DNA from: Patescibacteria group bacterium
GTDB lineage: Bacteria; Patescibacteriota; Minisyncoccia; Portnoybacterales; GWB1-42-6
Direction of reading: 5' to 3'
NCBI GenBank assembly: GCA_022709865.1
Contig: JAKLIA010000002.1
Location: 146,183-210,182, forward strand
DNA: 64,000 bases
Positions within the stretch are counted from its first letter, which is position 1. The number at the start of each line of letters is the position of its first letter. The position numbers and the translations under genes were made by a program. This document shows positions 54,670-64,000 of the stretch, piece after piece. The notes beneath the pieces were generated by a model that was not told the DNA's origin, ran no database searches, and worked only from the letters and a program-made list of their open reading frames with translations.

Positions 54670-56505
54670 TTGGGTATTTTTATTTTAACTTTAATTAAAC
54701 TTATGAAAAAAGAACAGAACGATCTTGATGTTTTGCGCCACTCAACCGCCCATGTTTTAGCCGCGGCGGTTTTAGAAATGTTCCCCGAAACCAAGTTTGC
54801 CATCGGGCCGAATATTGAAGACGGGTTTTATTATGATTTTGAATTGCCCCGAACCTTAATTCCAGAGGATTTGCCACTGCTGGAAGAAAAAATGCGCGCT
54901 ATTATTAAAGCCAACCATCCGTTCGAAAAAAGTTCCGTTAGCACTAAAAAAGCTATTGAGCTTTTTGATAAAGCTAAACAACCCTATAAAGTTGACCTAA
55001 TAAAAGACCTGGAAAAAGACGAGGCAGCTAAAGAGGTTTCTATTTATAAATCCGGTCCGTTCGTTGATTTATGCCGCGGACCACATCTTGATTCTGCCGG
55101 CGAAATCAAAGCCGATGCTTTTAAACTGACAAAAATTGCCGGCGCTTATTGGCGGGGCGACGCTAAAAATAAAATGCTCCAGCGGATCTACGGCGTGGCG
55201 TTTGAAAATAAAAAAGATTTAGCCGCTTATTTAACTAAGATCGAGGAAGCCGCTAAGCGTGACCACCGCAAGATCGGCAAAGAAATGGAGCTTTTTATTA
55301 TCGACCAAACTGTCGGCGCGGGGTTGGTTATGTGGCAACCAAAAGGCGCTTTGCTCTGGCGCATAATGGAAGACTTCTGGCATGCGGAGCATTTAAAGAA
55401 TGGCTATGAACTTGTGCGCACGCCGCATATCGGTTCGCGCCAGCTTTGGGAAACTTCCGGTCATTGGGGATTTTACGCTGATAGTATGTATCCGGTGCTG
55501 GAGGTTGGCCAAAGCTTAAACGATGCCAAGGCCGGCAAAAAAGCTGAATCGAAAGAAGAATACCTCCTTAAGCCGATGAACTGCCCTTTCCATGTTTTAA
55601 TTTATAATTCCCGTGTTAGAAGTTATCGCGAACTTCCTGTGCGCTGGGCAGAAAGCGCGACGGTTTATCGTTATGAAAAATCGGGAGAGCTATCGGGCTT
55701 AACGCGCGTGCGCGGTTTTGCTCAAGACGATGCGCATATCGTTTGCCCCAAGAGCCAAGTCAAAGAAGAATTAAGCCGAGTAGTTGATTTTATTAAACAT
55801 ATGCTCGGAACTTTCGGCTTCAAAGATTACGCTGTTTATTTATCGCTAAGAGACCCGGCTAATAAAGAAAAATATGCCGGCCACGAAGAAGGCTGGAAGT
55901 TCACTGAAGAGATCCTGGAAGAAGTGGCTAAAGAAAAAAAGCTTGATTATAAAAAAGAGATCGGCGAAGCGGCTTTCTATGGCCCAAAGCTGGATTTTAA
56001 AATAAAAGATTGCCTGGGCCGCGAATGGCAATGTTCAACCTTGCAATTTGATTTTAATTTGCCTGAACGCTTTGATATGACTTTTGCCAATGAAAAGGGT
56101 GAGAAGGAACGCCCCTATATGCTGCATCGCGCGCTTTTTGGTTCCTTTGAGCGCTTCATTGGTGTTTTGATCGAACACTATGCCGGCGCTTTTCCTGTGT
56201 GGCTGGCCCCAGAACAAGTTTGGCTCCTACCGATCAGCGATAAGCATATTGACTATGCCAACAAAGTTGCCGACCAACTTCGCGCTGCTAATATTCGCGT
56301 TGTTGTTCGAAATGAAAGCGAGACTATCGGCAAAAAAATCCGCACAGGCGAGACACAAAAGGTTCCCTATCTTTTAGTTATGGGCGACAAAGAAATTGCC
56401 GCTGATTCCGTGGCTGTGCGCCAACGCGGCCAAGGAGACCTGGGCGCAATAAAGATTGATGAGTTTATTAAGAAAATTACAACAGAGATTAAAAATAAAT
56501 CATAG
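54670..56505 (+). CDS. thrS: Threonyl-tRNA synthetase (lacks N-terminal TGS domain)
   Basis: Begins at editing domain (RHSTAHVLAAAV..), class II motifs, anticodon-binding domain; colinear with E. coli ThrRS from residue ~68. Confidence 0.9.
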   Translation: MGIFILTLIKLMKKEQNDLDVLRHSTAHVLAAAVLEMFPETKFAIGPNIEDGFYYDFELPRTLIPEDLPLLEEKMRAIIKANHPFEKSSVSTKKAIELFDKAKQPYKVDLIKDLEKDEAAKEVSIYKSGPFVDLCRGPHLDSAGEIKADAFKLTKIAGAYWRGDAKNKMLQRIYGVAFENKKDLAAYLTKIEEAAKRDHRKIGKEMELFIIDQTVGAGLVMWQPKGALLWRIMEDFWHAEHLKNGYELVRTPHIGSRQLWETSGHWGFYADSMYPVLEVGQSLNDAKAGKKAESKEEYLLKPMNCPFHVLIYNSRVRSYRELPVRWAESATVYRYEKSGELSGLTRVRGFAQDDAHIVCPKSQVKEELSRVVDFIKHMLGTFGFKDYAVYLSLRDPANKEKYAGHEEGWKFTEEILEEVAKEKKLDYKKEIGEAAFYGPKLDFKIKDCLGREWQCSTLQFDFNLPERFDMTFANEKGEKERPYMLHRALFGSFERFIGVLIEHYAGAFPVWLAPEQVWLLPISDKHIDYANKVADQLRAANIRVVVRNESETIGKKIRTGETQKVPYLLVMGDKEIAADSVAVRQRGQGDLGAIKIDEFIKKITTEIKNKS

Positions 56506-56584
56506 AGCCCCTACCGCGCATACGAAAAGTTTTGTCATAAAATTGAGGTAAGCGAGGCGTTTAAAATCGCGTGATGTGGTGGGG

Positions 56585-56604
56585 CCCCGACCGTCAGGTC
56601 GGGG
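56585..56604 (+). terminator. GC-rich stem-loop downstream of thrS (weak terminator candidate)
   Basis: ccccgaccgtcaggtcgggg; not followed by a clean T-run. Confidence 0.3.
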
Positions 56605-56717
56605 CGTTGTGGATAGCGATTTTAGGCGAGCGAACCCAATTTTATCAAAACTTTATCGTCGCGCGAGAACTCTTTTGCTCCTTTTCTGGTTACAGAAAAG
56701 GAGTGAGAAATATATTA

Positions 56718-58132
56718 TGTTCAAAAAATCCTGGCCATTTATTCTTTTAGCCCTTCTGTCTTTTGCTCTTCACTTCTCTTTTTTAAGTTATCCGGCCCAG
56801 GTAGTTTTTGATGAAGTGCATTTTGGCAAGTTTGTGGCGGCATACTCAACCGGCCAATACTATTTTGATATCCATCCGCCGCTAGGCAAATTAATGATCG
56901 CGGGATTTACGAAGCTCACCGGCGTAAGTCCCGTTTTTGATTTTTCCCAGATCGGCCAAGCTATGCCCGCTAAAACTTTATTTGCTCTGCGCTTTATGCC
57001 GGCATTTTTTGGCAGCCTTTTTGTTTTGCTGTTTTCATGGCTCGCCTATCTCATCAGCCGCAATAAAACCACAGCGCTGATCGCCGGATTTTTAATTTTG
57101 TTAGACAACGCTTTTTTGGGCCAATCAAAGTTTATTTTGGTGGATATTTTTATGTTCTCTTTTCAGGTTTTAACCCTCGCCTTTTTCTTCTTATGGCAAA
57201 AACAAAAAAGCTTTAGCGCCAAATGGTTCGCTTTTTTAGGGCTTACCGGCCTGTTTGCCGGGCTGACAGCCTCAGTTAAATGGACGGGGCTAGCAGTGAT
57301 TGGAATTATCGGCATTGTTTTACTAGCAAAGGTATTCAGCAAAAAACTATCCAGCTACCTAGGGCAGAACGACAATACGGTTAGCATCACAATAAAGATA
57401 AAAGAACTTTTTGTCGGTTCTTTCTTTTTACTGATTATCGCCTTTGGTGTTTACCTCGCCCCTTTTTATCTTCACTTTAAACTCCTTCCCAACTCCGGCA
57501 GCGGCGATGCTTTTATGAGCCAACCATTCCAGCTGGAACTAAAATACGGGCGAGACAACGTGTATCAGCCGTTATCCTTCTGGCAAAAATTCGTTGAACT
57601 AAATAAAACCATGTATTCTGCCAATGCGAGCCTCTCTGCCGAGCATCCTTTTGGCAGCCGCTGGTATTCTTGGCCATTGAACGTTAAACCGGTTTATTAT
57701 TGGAACCAAGAAGAAATTATCGGACAGGCTGGATGGAAAGCCAAGATATATCTTTCCGGCAACCCTTTGCTTTGGTGGTTAGCGGGTCTTAGCACGATTT
57801 TTACTCTCCTGACCTTTTGCCTGCCAAAAGTCCGGCGCCGCCTCAGCCCGATATTTTTTATTTTGCTTTTAGGATTTTTTGCCAACCTCCTGCCGTTCAT
57901 TTTGATCACCAGAGTTTCTTTTCTTTACCATTATCTGCCTTCTTTGATATATGCCATCTTGATCTTAGCCCTTTGGCTGGCAAGGCTCTGGCCTAAAGAC
58001 AAAGCTATTCTATCGATTATTATGGCCTTAGTCCTGCTAAGCTTCGTATTGCTTTCTCCCCTTTCTTACGGCTGGCCAATGCCGCCGCGAGTTAATTTAT
58101 TGGAACTAAAAATCATAAACCTTTTCAATTAG
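56718..58132 (+). CDS. Glycosyltransferase family 39 (PMT/ArnT-like) membrane protein
   Basis: DEVHFGKFVAAY...YFDIHPPLGKLMIA N-terminal DE-motif loop of GT-C/GT39; strong SD aaaggag before ATG 56718 (track start 56576 lacks RBS). Confidence 0.7.
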
Positions 58133-58165
58133 GTTTTTTCGGCTAGAGCGTGTTAAAATTATTTT

Positions 58166-58636
58166 ATGAAAGAAAATAAAAAGTGGTTTTGTAATTTCAA
58201 CCGCGAACGGCTTTTATTGACCGCCCTGGTGGCTGTCTCTTTTTTTGGTTTTTTACTTTGGTCCATTGAACAAGTCAGCCAGGAAGAAACGATGCTTCTT
58301 TCAGCTATTATAGAAACCAATAATCCCACCGAAAATAAAACCATAAAAATTATTTCTCCCAGAGTTAATGAAATTATCAAAAGCCCGGTTAAGGTTTCTG
58401 GGCAAGCCATGGTCTTTGGAGCAATAATAGAAACAAGGATTAAGGATACTTCTGGCCTGGTCCTAGCCCAAAAACAAGTCCAGACACGGGGCAGCCAAAA
58501 TCCTTCTTCTTTTAGCGCCGATATAATTTTCAAGAAGCCAACCAGAACTAGGGGCACAGTGGAAATATTTATTCACTCGCCCAAAGATGGCGCGGAAAGC
58601 GACAAACTGATAATTCCGGTCGTTTTTAAGAATTAA
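58166..58636 (+). CDS. Hypothetical membrane-anchored secreted protein (Ig-like/GerM-like fold suspected)
   Basis: 156 aa, N-terminal TM; overlapping minus ORF 58159..58557 rejected. Confidence 0.45.
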   Translation: MKENKKWFCNFNRERLLLTALVAVSFFGFLLWSIEQVSQEETMLLSAIIETNNPTENKTIKIISPRVNEIIKSPVKVSGQAMVFGAIIETRIKDTSGLVLAQKQVQTRGSQNPSSFSADIIFKKPTRTRGTVEIFIHSPKDGAESDKLIIPVVFKN

Positions 58637-58724
58637 ACGCCGCCAAGATATTTGCCCATAACAAAGCAGCAGACCTTGAAAAAGGCTCGCTGCTTTGTTA
58701 GTATCCAAGCGATATCTGATTTTT

Positions 58725-59927
58725 ATGAAATACTTCATTATCACCTACGGCTGCCAGATGAACCATTCCGACTCTGAAAAAATCGCCACCCAGTTGGAGT
58801 TGGCCGGCCACAAATCCGTTAAAACTGCCAGCGCAGCCGATTTAATCGTGATCAATTTTTGTTCCGTTAGGCAAGGCGCGGTGCATCGAGCGCTGGATCA
58901 GACTCAAAAGCTTGGCAATAAAAAGATCATTGCCGCCGGCTGCATACTGCCAAGCGACCAGAAAAAATTAACTGCCAAAAATATTTCCATCTGGCACCCG
59001 GACGATTATTTTTATCAAGCTCCCCTGCGCCAAAACAAGTTCAGCGCTTTTGTGCCCATCATGACCGGCTGCAATAATTTTTGTTCTTATTGCGCCGTGC
59101 CCTTCACTCGCGGGCGCGAAAAATCCCGGCCGGCCGCGGAAATCGTCAACGAGATAAAAAAGCTGCTGAAAAACGGCACTAAAGAAATAATCCTATTGGG
59201 GCAAAATGTGAACTCATATCAAGACCAAAAAATTGACTTCCCTTTGCTTCTGCAGACTATTAATAAACTGCCAGACAATTTTTGGCTTTCATTTCTTAGC
59301 TCCCACCCCAAAGATATGTCTGACCGGCTGATAAAAACTTTGGCCCAAAGCAAAAAAATTATTCCCTATGTCCACCTCCCCGCCCAAAGCGGCGACAACA
59401 AGATATTGCAAGCAATGAAAAGAAATTATACCGTGGGGCATTATAAAACTTTAGTAAAAAAATTGCGCTTAGCCTTTAAAAAATATCGCCCGGCCTGGCC
59501 GCCGTTGGCCATTACTACCGATTTTATCGTTGGCTTTCCCAAAGAAACTGATCAACAATTTCAAAACACGCTCAAGCTCATCCAAGCGACAAAGTTTGAT
59601 ATGATATATTTTGCGCGTTATTCTCCCCGCCCCGGCACCGCTGCCGCTAAAATAAAAGATTCTATTCCTGCCAATGAAAAAAGGTGCCGCGCGCAAGCTA
59701 TAAACTCTCTTTTAAAACAGCAGTCTTTAGCTATCAATAAAAAATACACCAATAAAAATATTGATGTTTTAATAGAAAGAATCTCCGGACAATTTGCTTT
59801 CGGCAAAACTTCCACCAATAAAGCCATCCAGCTGCCCAAAGGAAAATTGAGATCCGGACAGGTCATTAAAGCAAAAATAACAAGCGCCAGCCCCTGGTGC
59901 TTGAAGGGATTAGAAAAGCCGCGCTAA
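58725..59927 (+). CDS. miaB: Radical-SAM methylthiotransferase (MiaB/RimO family; likely tRNA ms2i6A37 synthase)
   Basis: YGCQMN MTTase N-domain, CNNFCSYC radical SAM cluster, C-terminal TRAM; adjacent to miaA. Confidence 0.75.
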   Translation: MKYFIITYGCQMNHSDSEKIATQLELAGHKSVKTASAADLIVINFCSVRQGAVHRALDQTQKLGNKKIIAAGCILPSDQKKLTAKNISIWHPDDYFYQAPLRQNKFSAFVPIMTGCNNFCSYCAVPFTRGREKSRPAAEIVNEIKKLLKNGTKEIILLGQNVNSYQDQKIDFPLLLQTINKLPDNFWLSFLSSHPKDMSDRLIKTLAQSKKIIPYVHLPAQSGDNKILQAMKRNYTVGHYKTLVKKLRLAFKKYRPAWPPLAITTDFIVGFPKETDQQFQNTLKLIQATKFDMIYFARYSPRPGTAAAKIKDSIPANEKRCRAQAINSLLKQQSLAINKKYTNKNIDVLIERISGQFAFGKTSTNKAIQLPKGKLRSGQVIKAKITSASPWCLKGLEKPR

Positions 59928-60063
59928 CATATAGTCAGCCGGCCATCTAATAAAAGGTATCCATTGATACCAGAATCAAAACGTTTTGTATTTTCCGCTA
60001 AAGAACTATTTCCAACAAAAAAGTGCCAATATTGGCGCCTTTATGCATCTATTTTAACTTTTT

Positions 60064-60987
60064 ATGAAAAATCTGTCAAAGCCATTTTATCCACAAAAAC
60101 CAATAATTGTTATTGTCGGGCCAACGGCCTCGGGCAAATCCGATCTAGCTGTCTTTTTATCCAAAAAATATAATGGCGAGGTAATTTCGGCCGACTCCAG
60201 ACAGATCTACAAAGGCATGGATATCGGCACCGGCAAAATCACTAGAAAAGAAATGGCGGGCATTCCTCATTATCTTTTGGATGTGGCCTCCCCCAGCCGC
60301 CGCTTCACTGCTGCCCAATATAAAAAATTAGCCCAGCAAGCAATAAAAAATATCCAGCGCAAAAATAAGCTCCCGATAATTTGTGGCGGCACCGGTTTTT
60401 ATATCCGCGCCTTGATCGATGACCTGCAAATACCCAAAATCAAGCCGGATTTAAAACTTCGCGCTCAGCTTGAAAAAAAGACGACTACCGAGCTTTTTGC
60501 CCAACTTAAAAAATTAGATCCGCGCCGCGCCAAAGAAATTGATAGGCACAATCCTCGGCGCTTAGTGCGGGCTTTGGAAATTATTTATAAAACCGGCCAG
60601 CCCGTCCCAGAATTAAAATTAGAGCCTCAACCCAACGTCCTTTTTTTAGGCATCAAAAAATCGCGGCCAGAATTGGCGCGGCGCATAAAAAGGCGCCTGC
60701 AAAAGCGCTTCAAACAAGGTATGCTGACTGAAGTTAAAAAATTACGCAAACAAGGTCTTTCTTGGCAGCGATTAGATAGTTTTGGCCTTGAATACCGGTG
60801 GTTAGCCAGATTTTTACAAAACAAAATCTCCTACACGGAGATGGTTGAGCGCCTGCAAAAAGATATTGAGCATTTTGCTAAGCGCCAAATGGCCTGGTTT
60901 GGCAAAGACTCCCGCATCCATTGGATAAAAAATCCTGCGCAAGCCCGAAAAATCACCTCGGATTTTCTAACCAAATCACTTCTCTAG
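60064..60987 (+). CDS. miaA: tRNA dimethylallyltransferase
   Basis: GPTASGKS P-loop, ISADSRQIYKGMDIGT. Confidence 0.85.
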   Translation: MKNLSKPFYPQKPIIVIVGPTASGKSDLAVFLSKKYNGEVISADSRQIYKGMDIGTGKITRKEMAGIPHYLLDVASPSRRFTAAQYKKLAQQAIKNIQRKNKLPIICGGTGFYIRALIDDLQIPKIKPDLKLRAQLEKKTTTELFAQLKKLDPRRAKEIDRHNPRRLVRALEIIYKTGQPVPELKLEPQPNVLFLGIKKSRPELARRIKRRLQKRFKQGMLTEVKKLRKQGLSWQRLDSFGLEYRWLARFLQNKISYTEMVERLQKDIEHFAKRQMAWFGKDSRIHWIKNPAQARKITSDFLTKSLL

Positions 60988-62454
60988 CTCTTTCTTTAAA
61001 AGGCTTATCACCATTTGCGGATTAGCTTTGCCCTTAGTTGCCGCCATAATTTTACCGACCAAAAACATCAGCGAGTTTTGTTTGCCTTTTTTATAATCCG
61101 CCACGGGTCCGGGATTGGCGCTAATTGCCTCCCGCACCGCCGCATTTAATTCTTCTTCGTCGCTCACCTGCCCCAAGTCTTTTTCTTTTACGATATGGGA
61201 TGGGTCCGCGCCGGTTTTGAACATTTCCGCCAATACCGCCTGCGCGCCGCTGGAAGAAACTACGCCTTGGGCCGCCAATTTAATGAACTCAGCGAAGTTT
61301 TCCGGTGTAATTTTAATGCCACTAAGTTCTATTTCCGATTGATACATTAATTTTTGCAGTTCGGTGATCAAATAATTGCCGGCTAATTTTACGGCTTTGG
61401 TCGTATCTATTTTAGGCTGAGCATCTTCGGCCCAATTTTTTATTTCACTAACCACCTTCTCAAAATAATTTCCTAGCTCAAAATTAACGGCAAAAGTTTC
61501 CGCATCCGCGGCTGATAAATTATACTCTTCTATGAATCTGGCCCGCCTTTGCGCCGGCAATTCCGGGATTTCTTTTTTTAATTCCTCGCTCAACGCCACC
61601 AAGCCTTGAAGCGGCGGCAAGTCGGGCTCGGGAAAATAACGATAGTCGTGCGCTTCTTCTTTTATGCGCTGGCTGAAAGTTGTGCCGCTGGCGTCATCCC
61701 AGCCGCGAGTTTCCTGGACTATCTTTTCGCCCGACTCTAGCGCTTCGGCTTGCCGCTTTATTTCATAATCGATCGCTTTTTCCACCACCTTAAAAGAATT
61801 GAGGTTTTTTATTTCCACTTTCGTGCCCAATTTCTTAGCGCCTGGCTCGCTAATGGAAATATTCACTTCGCACCGCATCTGGCCTTTTTCCATGTCGGCA
61901 TCCGAGATCTTCAAATACCTGAATATTAACTGCAATTCCTGGCAAAACTTGCGCGCCTGCGCGCCTGATTTTATATCCGGCTCTGTGACTAATTCCATCA
62001 AAGGCAAACCGGCGCGGTTTAAATCCACTAAGGAATATAGTGCGCCTTTAGGATGCACCAATTTACCCGTATCCTCTTCCAAGTGAATGCGGGTTAACCT
62101 AACCCGATTTTTTTCGCTGCCCTCGCCAGAGTCCAAATATCCGCCTTCCACCAGAGGCTTATCATATTGGCTAATTTGATAGCCCTTAGGCAAGTCCGGA
62201 TAAAAATAATTCTTGCGGTCAAACTTAGAATCATCGCCAATCTTCCCGCCTAGCGCCAACCCCGCTTTTAAAACCATATGCACCGCCTCCTCGTTAATAA
62301 CCGGCAAAGTGCCGGGCTGGCCAGTGCAAACCGGGCAAATATTAACATTAGGCTCTTTTTCTAGGCCCAAGGCATTGGAACAAGAACAAAACATTTTGCT
62401 TTTCGTTTTTAGCTCCGCATGGATCTCCAAGCCGATTGTCGGTTCGTATTTCAT
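60976..62454 (-). CDS. gatB: Asp-tRNA(Asn)/Glu-tRNA(Gln) amidotransferase subunit B
   Basis: MKYEPTIGLEIHAELKTKSKMFCSC N-terminus, colinear 492 aa. Confidence 0.9.
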   Translation of the reverse strand: MKYEPTIGLEIHAELKTKSKMFCSCSNALGLEKEPNVNICPVCTGQPGTLPVINEEAVHMVLKAGLALGGKIGDDSKFDRKNYFYPDLPKGYQISQYDKPLVEGGYLDSGEGSEKNRVRLTRIHLEEDTGKLVHPKGALYSLVDLNRAGLPLMELVTEPDIKSGAQARKFCQELQLIFRYLKISDADMEKGQMRCEVNISISEPGAKKLGTKVEIKNLNSFKVVEKAIDYEIKRQAEALESGEKIVQETRGWDDASGTTFSQRIKEEAHDYRYFPEPDLPPLQGLVALSEELKKEIPELPAQRRARFIEEYNLSAADAETFAVNFELGNYFEKVVSEIKNWAEDAQPKIDTTKAVKLAGNYLITELQKLMYQSEIELSGIKITPENFAEFIKLAAQGVVSSSGAQAVLAEMFKTGADPSHIVKEKDLGQVSDEEELNAAVREAISANPGPVADYKKGKQNSLMFLVGKIMAATKGKANPQMVISLLKKELEK

Positions 62455-62463
62455 ATTTTAATT

Positions 62464-63306
62464 TTACTCTTTTTTGGCAGCTAAATAAACATTCTTTAAA
62501 AGCAAAGCCACAGTTAAAGGGCCAACTCCGCCGGGCACCGGCGTTAAAAAAGCCGCTTTAGCTTCTACGCTAGCCTTGTCTATATCGCCCGCCACCTTGC
62601 CATCGTGATATCGGGTAATGCCGGCGTCCACTAAAACTGCGCCATCTTTTATCATTTCCCCTTTTATCATATTAGGGCAGCCGCAAACCGAAATTATCGC
62701 ATCAGCCGATTTTATTTCTTTTTCTACGCCAAGCACCATGCAAGTGTTTCTCACCCGATAATTAACTTGCGCTTTAGCAGGCGCCAAAATTGATTTTAAG
62801 GTTTGACCAAAAACCTCAGAATTGACTAACGCAAAAATGTTTTTTCCGGCAAAGCCTTTTTTCCAAGCCGCCTGTAAAATAGCCAAAATTACTTGCGGCA
62901 AAACAGGCTTTAGAATCGCCTTATTTTTTTCCAACATTTTTTTTGTTTCCGGATGGAATCCATCAACATCTTTTTTAGGATCGATCGCTTTGATAATTCT
63001 GTCTGTGTTTAAAGTTGCCGGCAAAGGCAATTGAATAATAATGCCACTAATCTGCGCATCGTTATTAGATTTTATTATATAATCAACGATCTCTTCTTCT
63101 TTTGCCTGGGCAGAAAATTGTTGCTCTATTATCTTTATGCCAATTTTAGCCGCTGCTTTTTTCTTCAGGTCCACATATAGCCGAGAAGCTTCATTATCCC
63201 CCACCAAAACCACGGATAAAACCGGCGACAATTTTTCTTTTTTAATTGCCGCCGCCAAATCCTTTAATATTTTATCTGCTGCTTTTTTACCGTCGAATAT
63301 TTTCAT
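62464..63306 (-). CDS. folD: Bifunctional methylenetetrahydrofolate dehydrogenase/methenyl-THF cyclohydrolase
   Basis: Colinear FolD, GVGPLT motif near C-terminus. Confidence 0.9.
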   Translation of the reverse strand: MKIFDGKKAADKILKDLAAAIKKEKLSPVLSVVLVGDNEASRLYVDLKKKAAAKIGIKIIEQQFSAQAKEEEIVDYIIKSNNDAQISGIIIQLPLPATLNTDRIIKAIDPKKDVDGFHPETKKMLEKNKAILKPVLPQVILAILQAAWKKGFAGKNIFALVNSEVFGQTLKSILAPAKAQVNYRVRNTCMVLGVEKEIKSADAIISVCGCPNMIKGEMIKDGAVLVDAGITRYHDGKVAGDIDKASVEAKAAFLTPVPGGVGPLTVALLLKNVYLAAKKE

Positions 63307-63309
63307 GGT

Positions 63310-63735
63310 TTAATTTAGGCCCGTGCTGCCAAAACGCTTCTCGCCCCGCACGGTGGCAGGCATATTTTCCACTATTTCTATTTCCGGGTTTTCAATTTTC
63401 TGTATTAAAAGCTGGGCGATTTTTTGCCCTTTTTTGATGACATAATTTTCTTTTCCCAAGTTCACTAAACCAATAATATATTCTCCCGTATAGTTGCTGT
63501 CATAAACTCCGCCAATATTAGTTAAGCAGGATTTATGCGCTAAGCCGCTTTTATCCCAAACCAAGCCCACATACCCTTCGGGTATTTTTATCGCTATGCC
63601 GGTTGGGCAGCTGATCTTTTCTCCTGGCGCCAGAGTTGCATCAATTACCGAATATAGGTCCATTCCCGCATCCCCGGGCAAAGCATAAGCTGGCAATTTG
63701 GCTTCCGGCTGTAATTTTTTAATTAAGATCTTCAT
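63310..63735 (-). CDS. dut: dUTP diphosphatase
   Basis: AGMDLYS, GLVWDKSG.., RGEKRFGSTG motifs of trimeric dUTPase. Confidence 0.85.
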   Translation of the reverse strand: MKILIKKLQPEAKLPAYALPGDAGMDLYSVIDATLAPGEKISCPTGIAIKIPEGYVGLVWDKSGLAHKSCLTNIGGVYDSNYTGEYIIGLVNLGKENYVIKKGQKIAQLLIQKIENPEIEIVENMPATVRGEKRFGSTGLN

Positions 63736-64000
63736 AGATCGGATATTTTTCTGCTAACGCTTTTATTTGTTCTTTAACTTTTTTACTAATTTCCGGATCT
63801 TCTGTCTTTTTTATTACTTCAGACACTAAGCTGGCCACTAAAGTTGCTTCCGCTTCCCTTAAACCGCGTGTGGTTATAGCCGGCGAGCCAAGCCTTAAGC
63901 CAGAAGGGTTAAAAGGCGGTTTGGCGTCATTAGGAATAGCGTTGCGATTAGTATATATTCCTGCCTCATCTAATTTGTCCTGTATCAATTTAGTGTCATA
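63719..64000 (-). CDS. glyA: Serine hydroxymethyltransferase, C-terminal part (runs off window end)
   Basis: PSGLRLGSPAITTRGL SHMT C-terminal signature; ORF open to window edge. Confidence 0.8.
   Translation of the reverse strand, partial: YDTKLIQDKLDEAGIYTNRNAIPNDAKPPFNPSGLRLGSPAITTRGLREAEATLVASLVSEVIKKTEDPEISKKVKEQIKALAEKYPIYEDLN

Noticed and set aside
58159-58557. 132-aa minus-strand ORF
   Set aside because: Overlaps the more plausible plus-strand CDS 58166..58636, which has an N-terminal TM and continues the co-oriented plus-strand gene block.
1-64000. CRISPR arrays, rRNA genes, transposases/integrases
   Set aside because: - No regularly spaced short direct repeats were seen.
- No rRNA-like conserved stretches were seen.
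- No DDE/tyrosine-recombinase motifs were seen in any frame inspected.

Overview
This 64 kb window looks like a low-GC (~40%), gene-dense chromosome segment from a reduced-genome bacterium, probably Candidate Phyla Radiation / Patescibacteria. Pointers to that lineage are an archaeal-type TyrRS, a short EF-Ts, a ThrRS without its TGS domain, many glycosyltransferases and no biosynthetic operons. The standard genetic code is in use, with TAA, TAG and TGA all seen as stops. Most genes are on the minus strand up to ~50.6 kb. I could not run any searches, so all homology calls rest on recognised motifs.

Housekeeping content:
- Translation: tyrS, thrS, gatB, rpsB-tsf, rpmE-prfA, rplY, rpsP-khpA-trmD, rpmF, miaA/miaB.
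- RNA processing: rnc, nusB, rnhB, and an RNase P RNA gene that the ORF track does not list.
- Replication and repair: dnaE, mutM, dut.
- Sugar-phosphate metabolism: transketolase-rpe-rpiB with a pfkB-family kinase and class II aldolase.
- Cell envelope: GT4 and GT39 glycosyltransferases, a polyprenyl-phosphate sugar transferase, a lytic transglycosylase and a DsbA-like protein.
- Transport: a P-type Ca-ATPase next to a CaCA antiporter, NRAMP, and an ArsR-regulated COG0701 permease operon.
- Five tRNA genes: Trp-CCA, Thr-GGU, Tyr-GUA, Thr-UGU, plus two truncated tRNA copies.

Things worth a second look:
- A three-gene operon ending in a MORC/MutL-like GHKL ATPase, inserted between the rpsB-tsf and rpmE-prfA operons. 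This is my best candidate for an undescribed system.
- A family of ~100-150 nt direct repeats that bracket two-gene units between 10.7 and 15.0 kb and end at a tRNA cluster containing tRNA fragments.
- A tRNA-Trp locus with an upstream 5'-half pseudo-copy, a small GIY-YIG gene and long palindromes.
- An archaeal-type TyrRS matched by a tRNA-Tyr with a C1:G72 pair and a short variable arm.
- An RF1 homologue lacking domain 1.
- A promoter plus ~190 nt leader upstream of thrS with a UGGAACC bulge, resembling a T-box antiterminator.
- A recurring GTCATCCTGAG...CTCAGAATGAC palindromic motif.

No CRISPR array, rRNA gene, transposase or integrase was seen.
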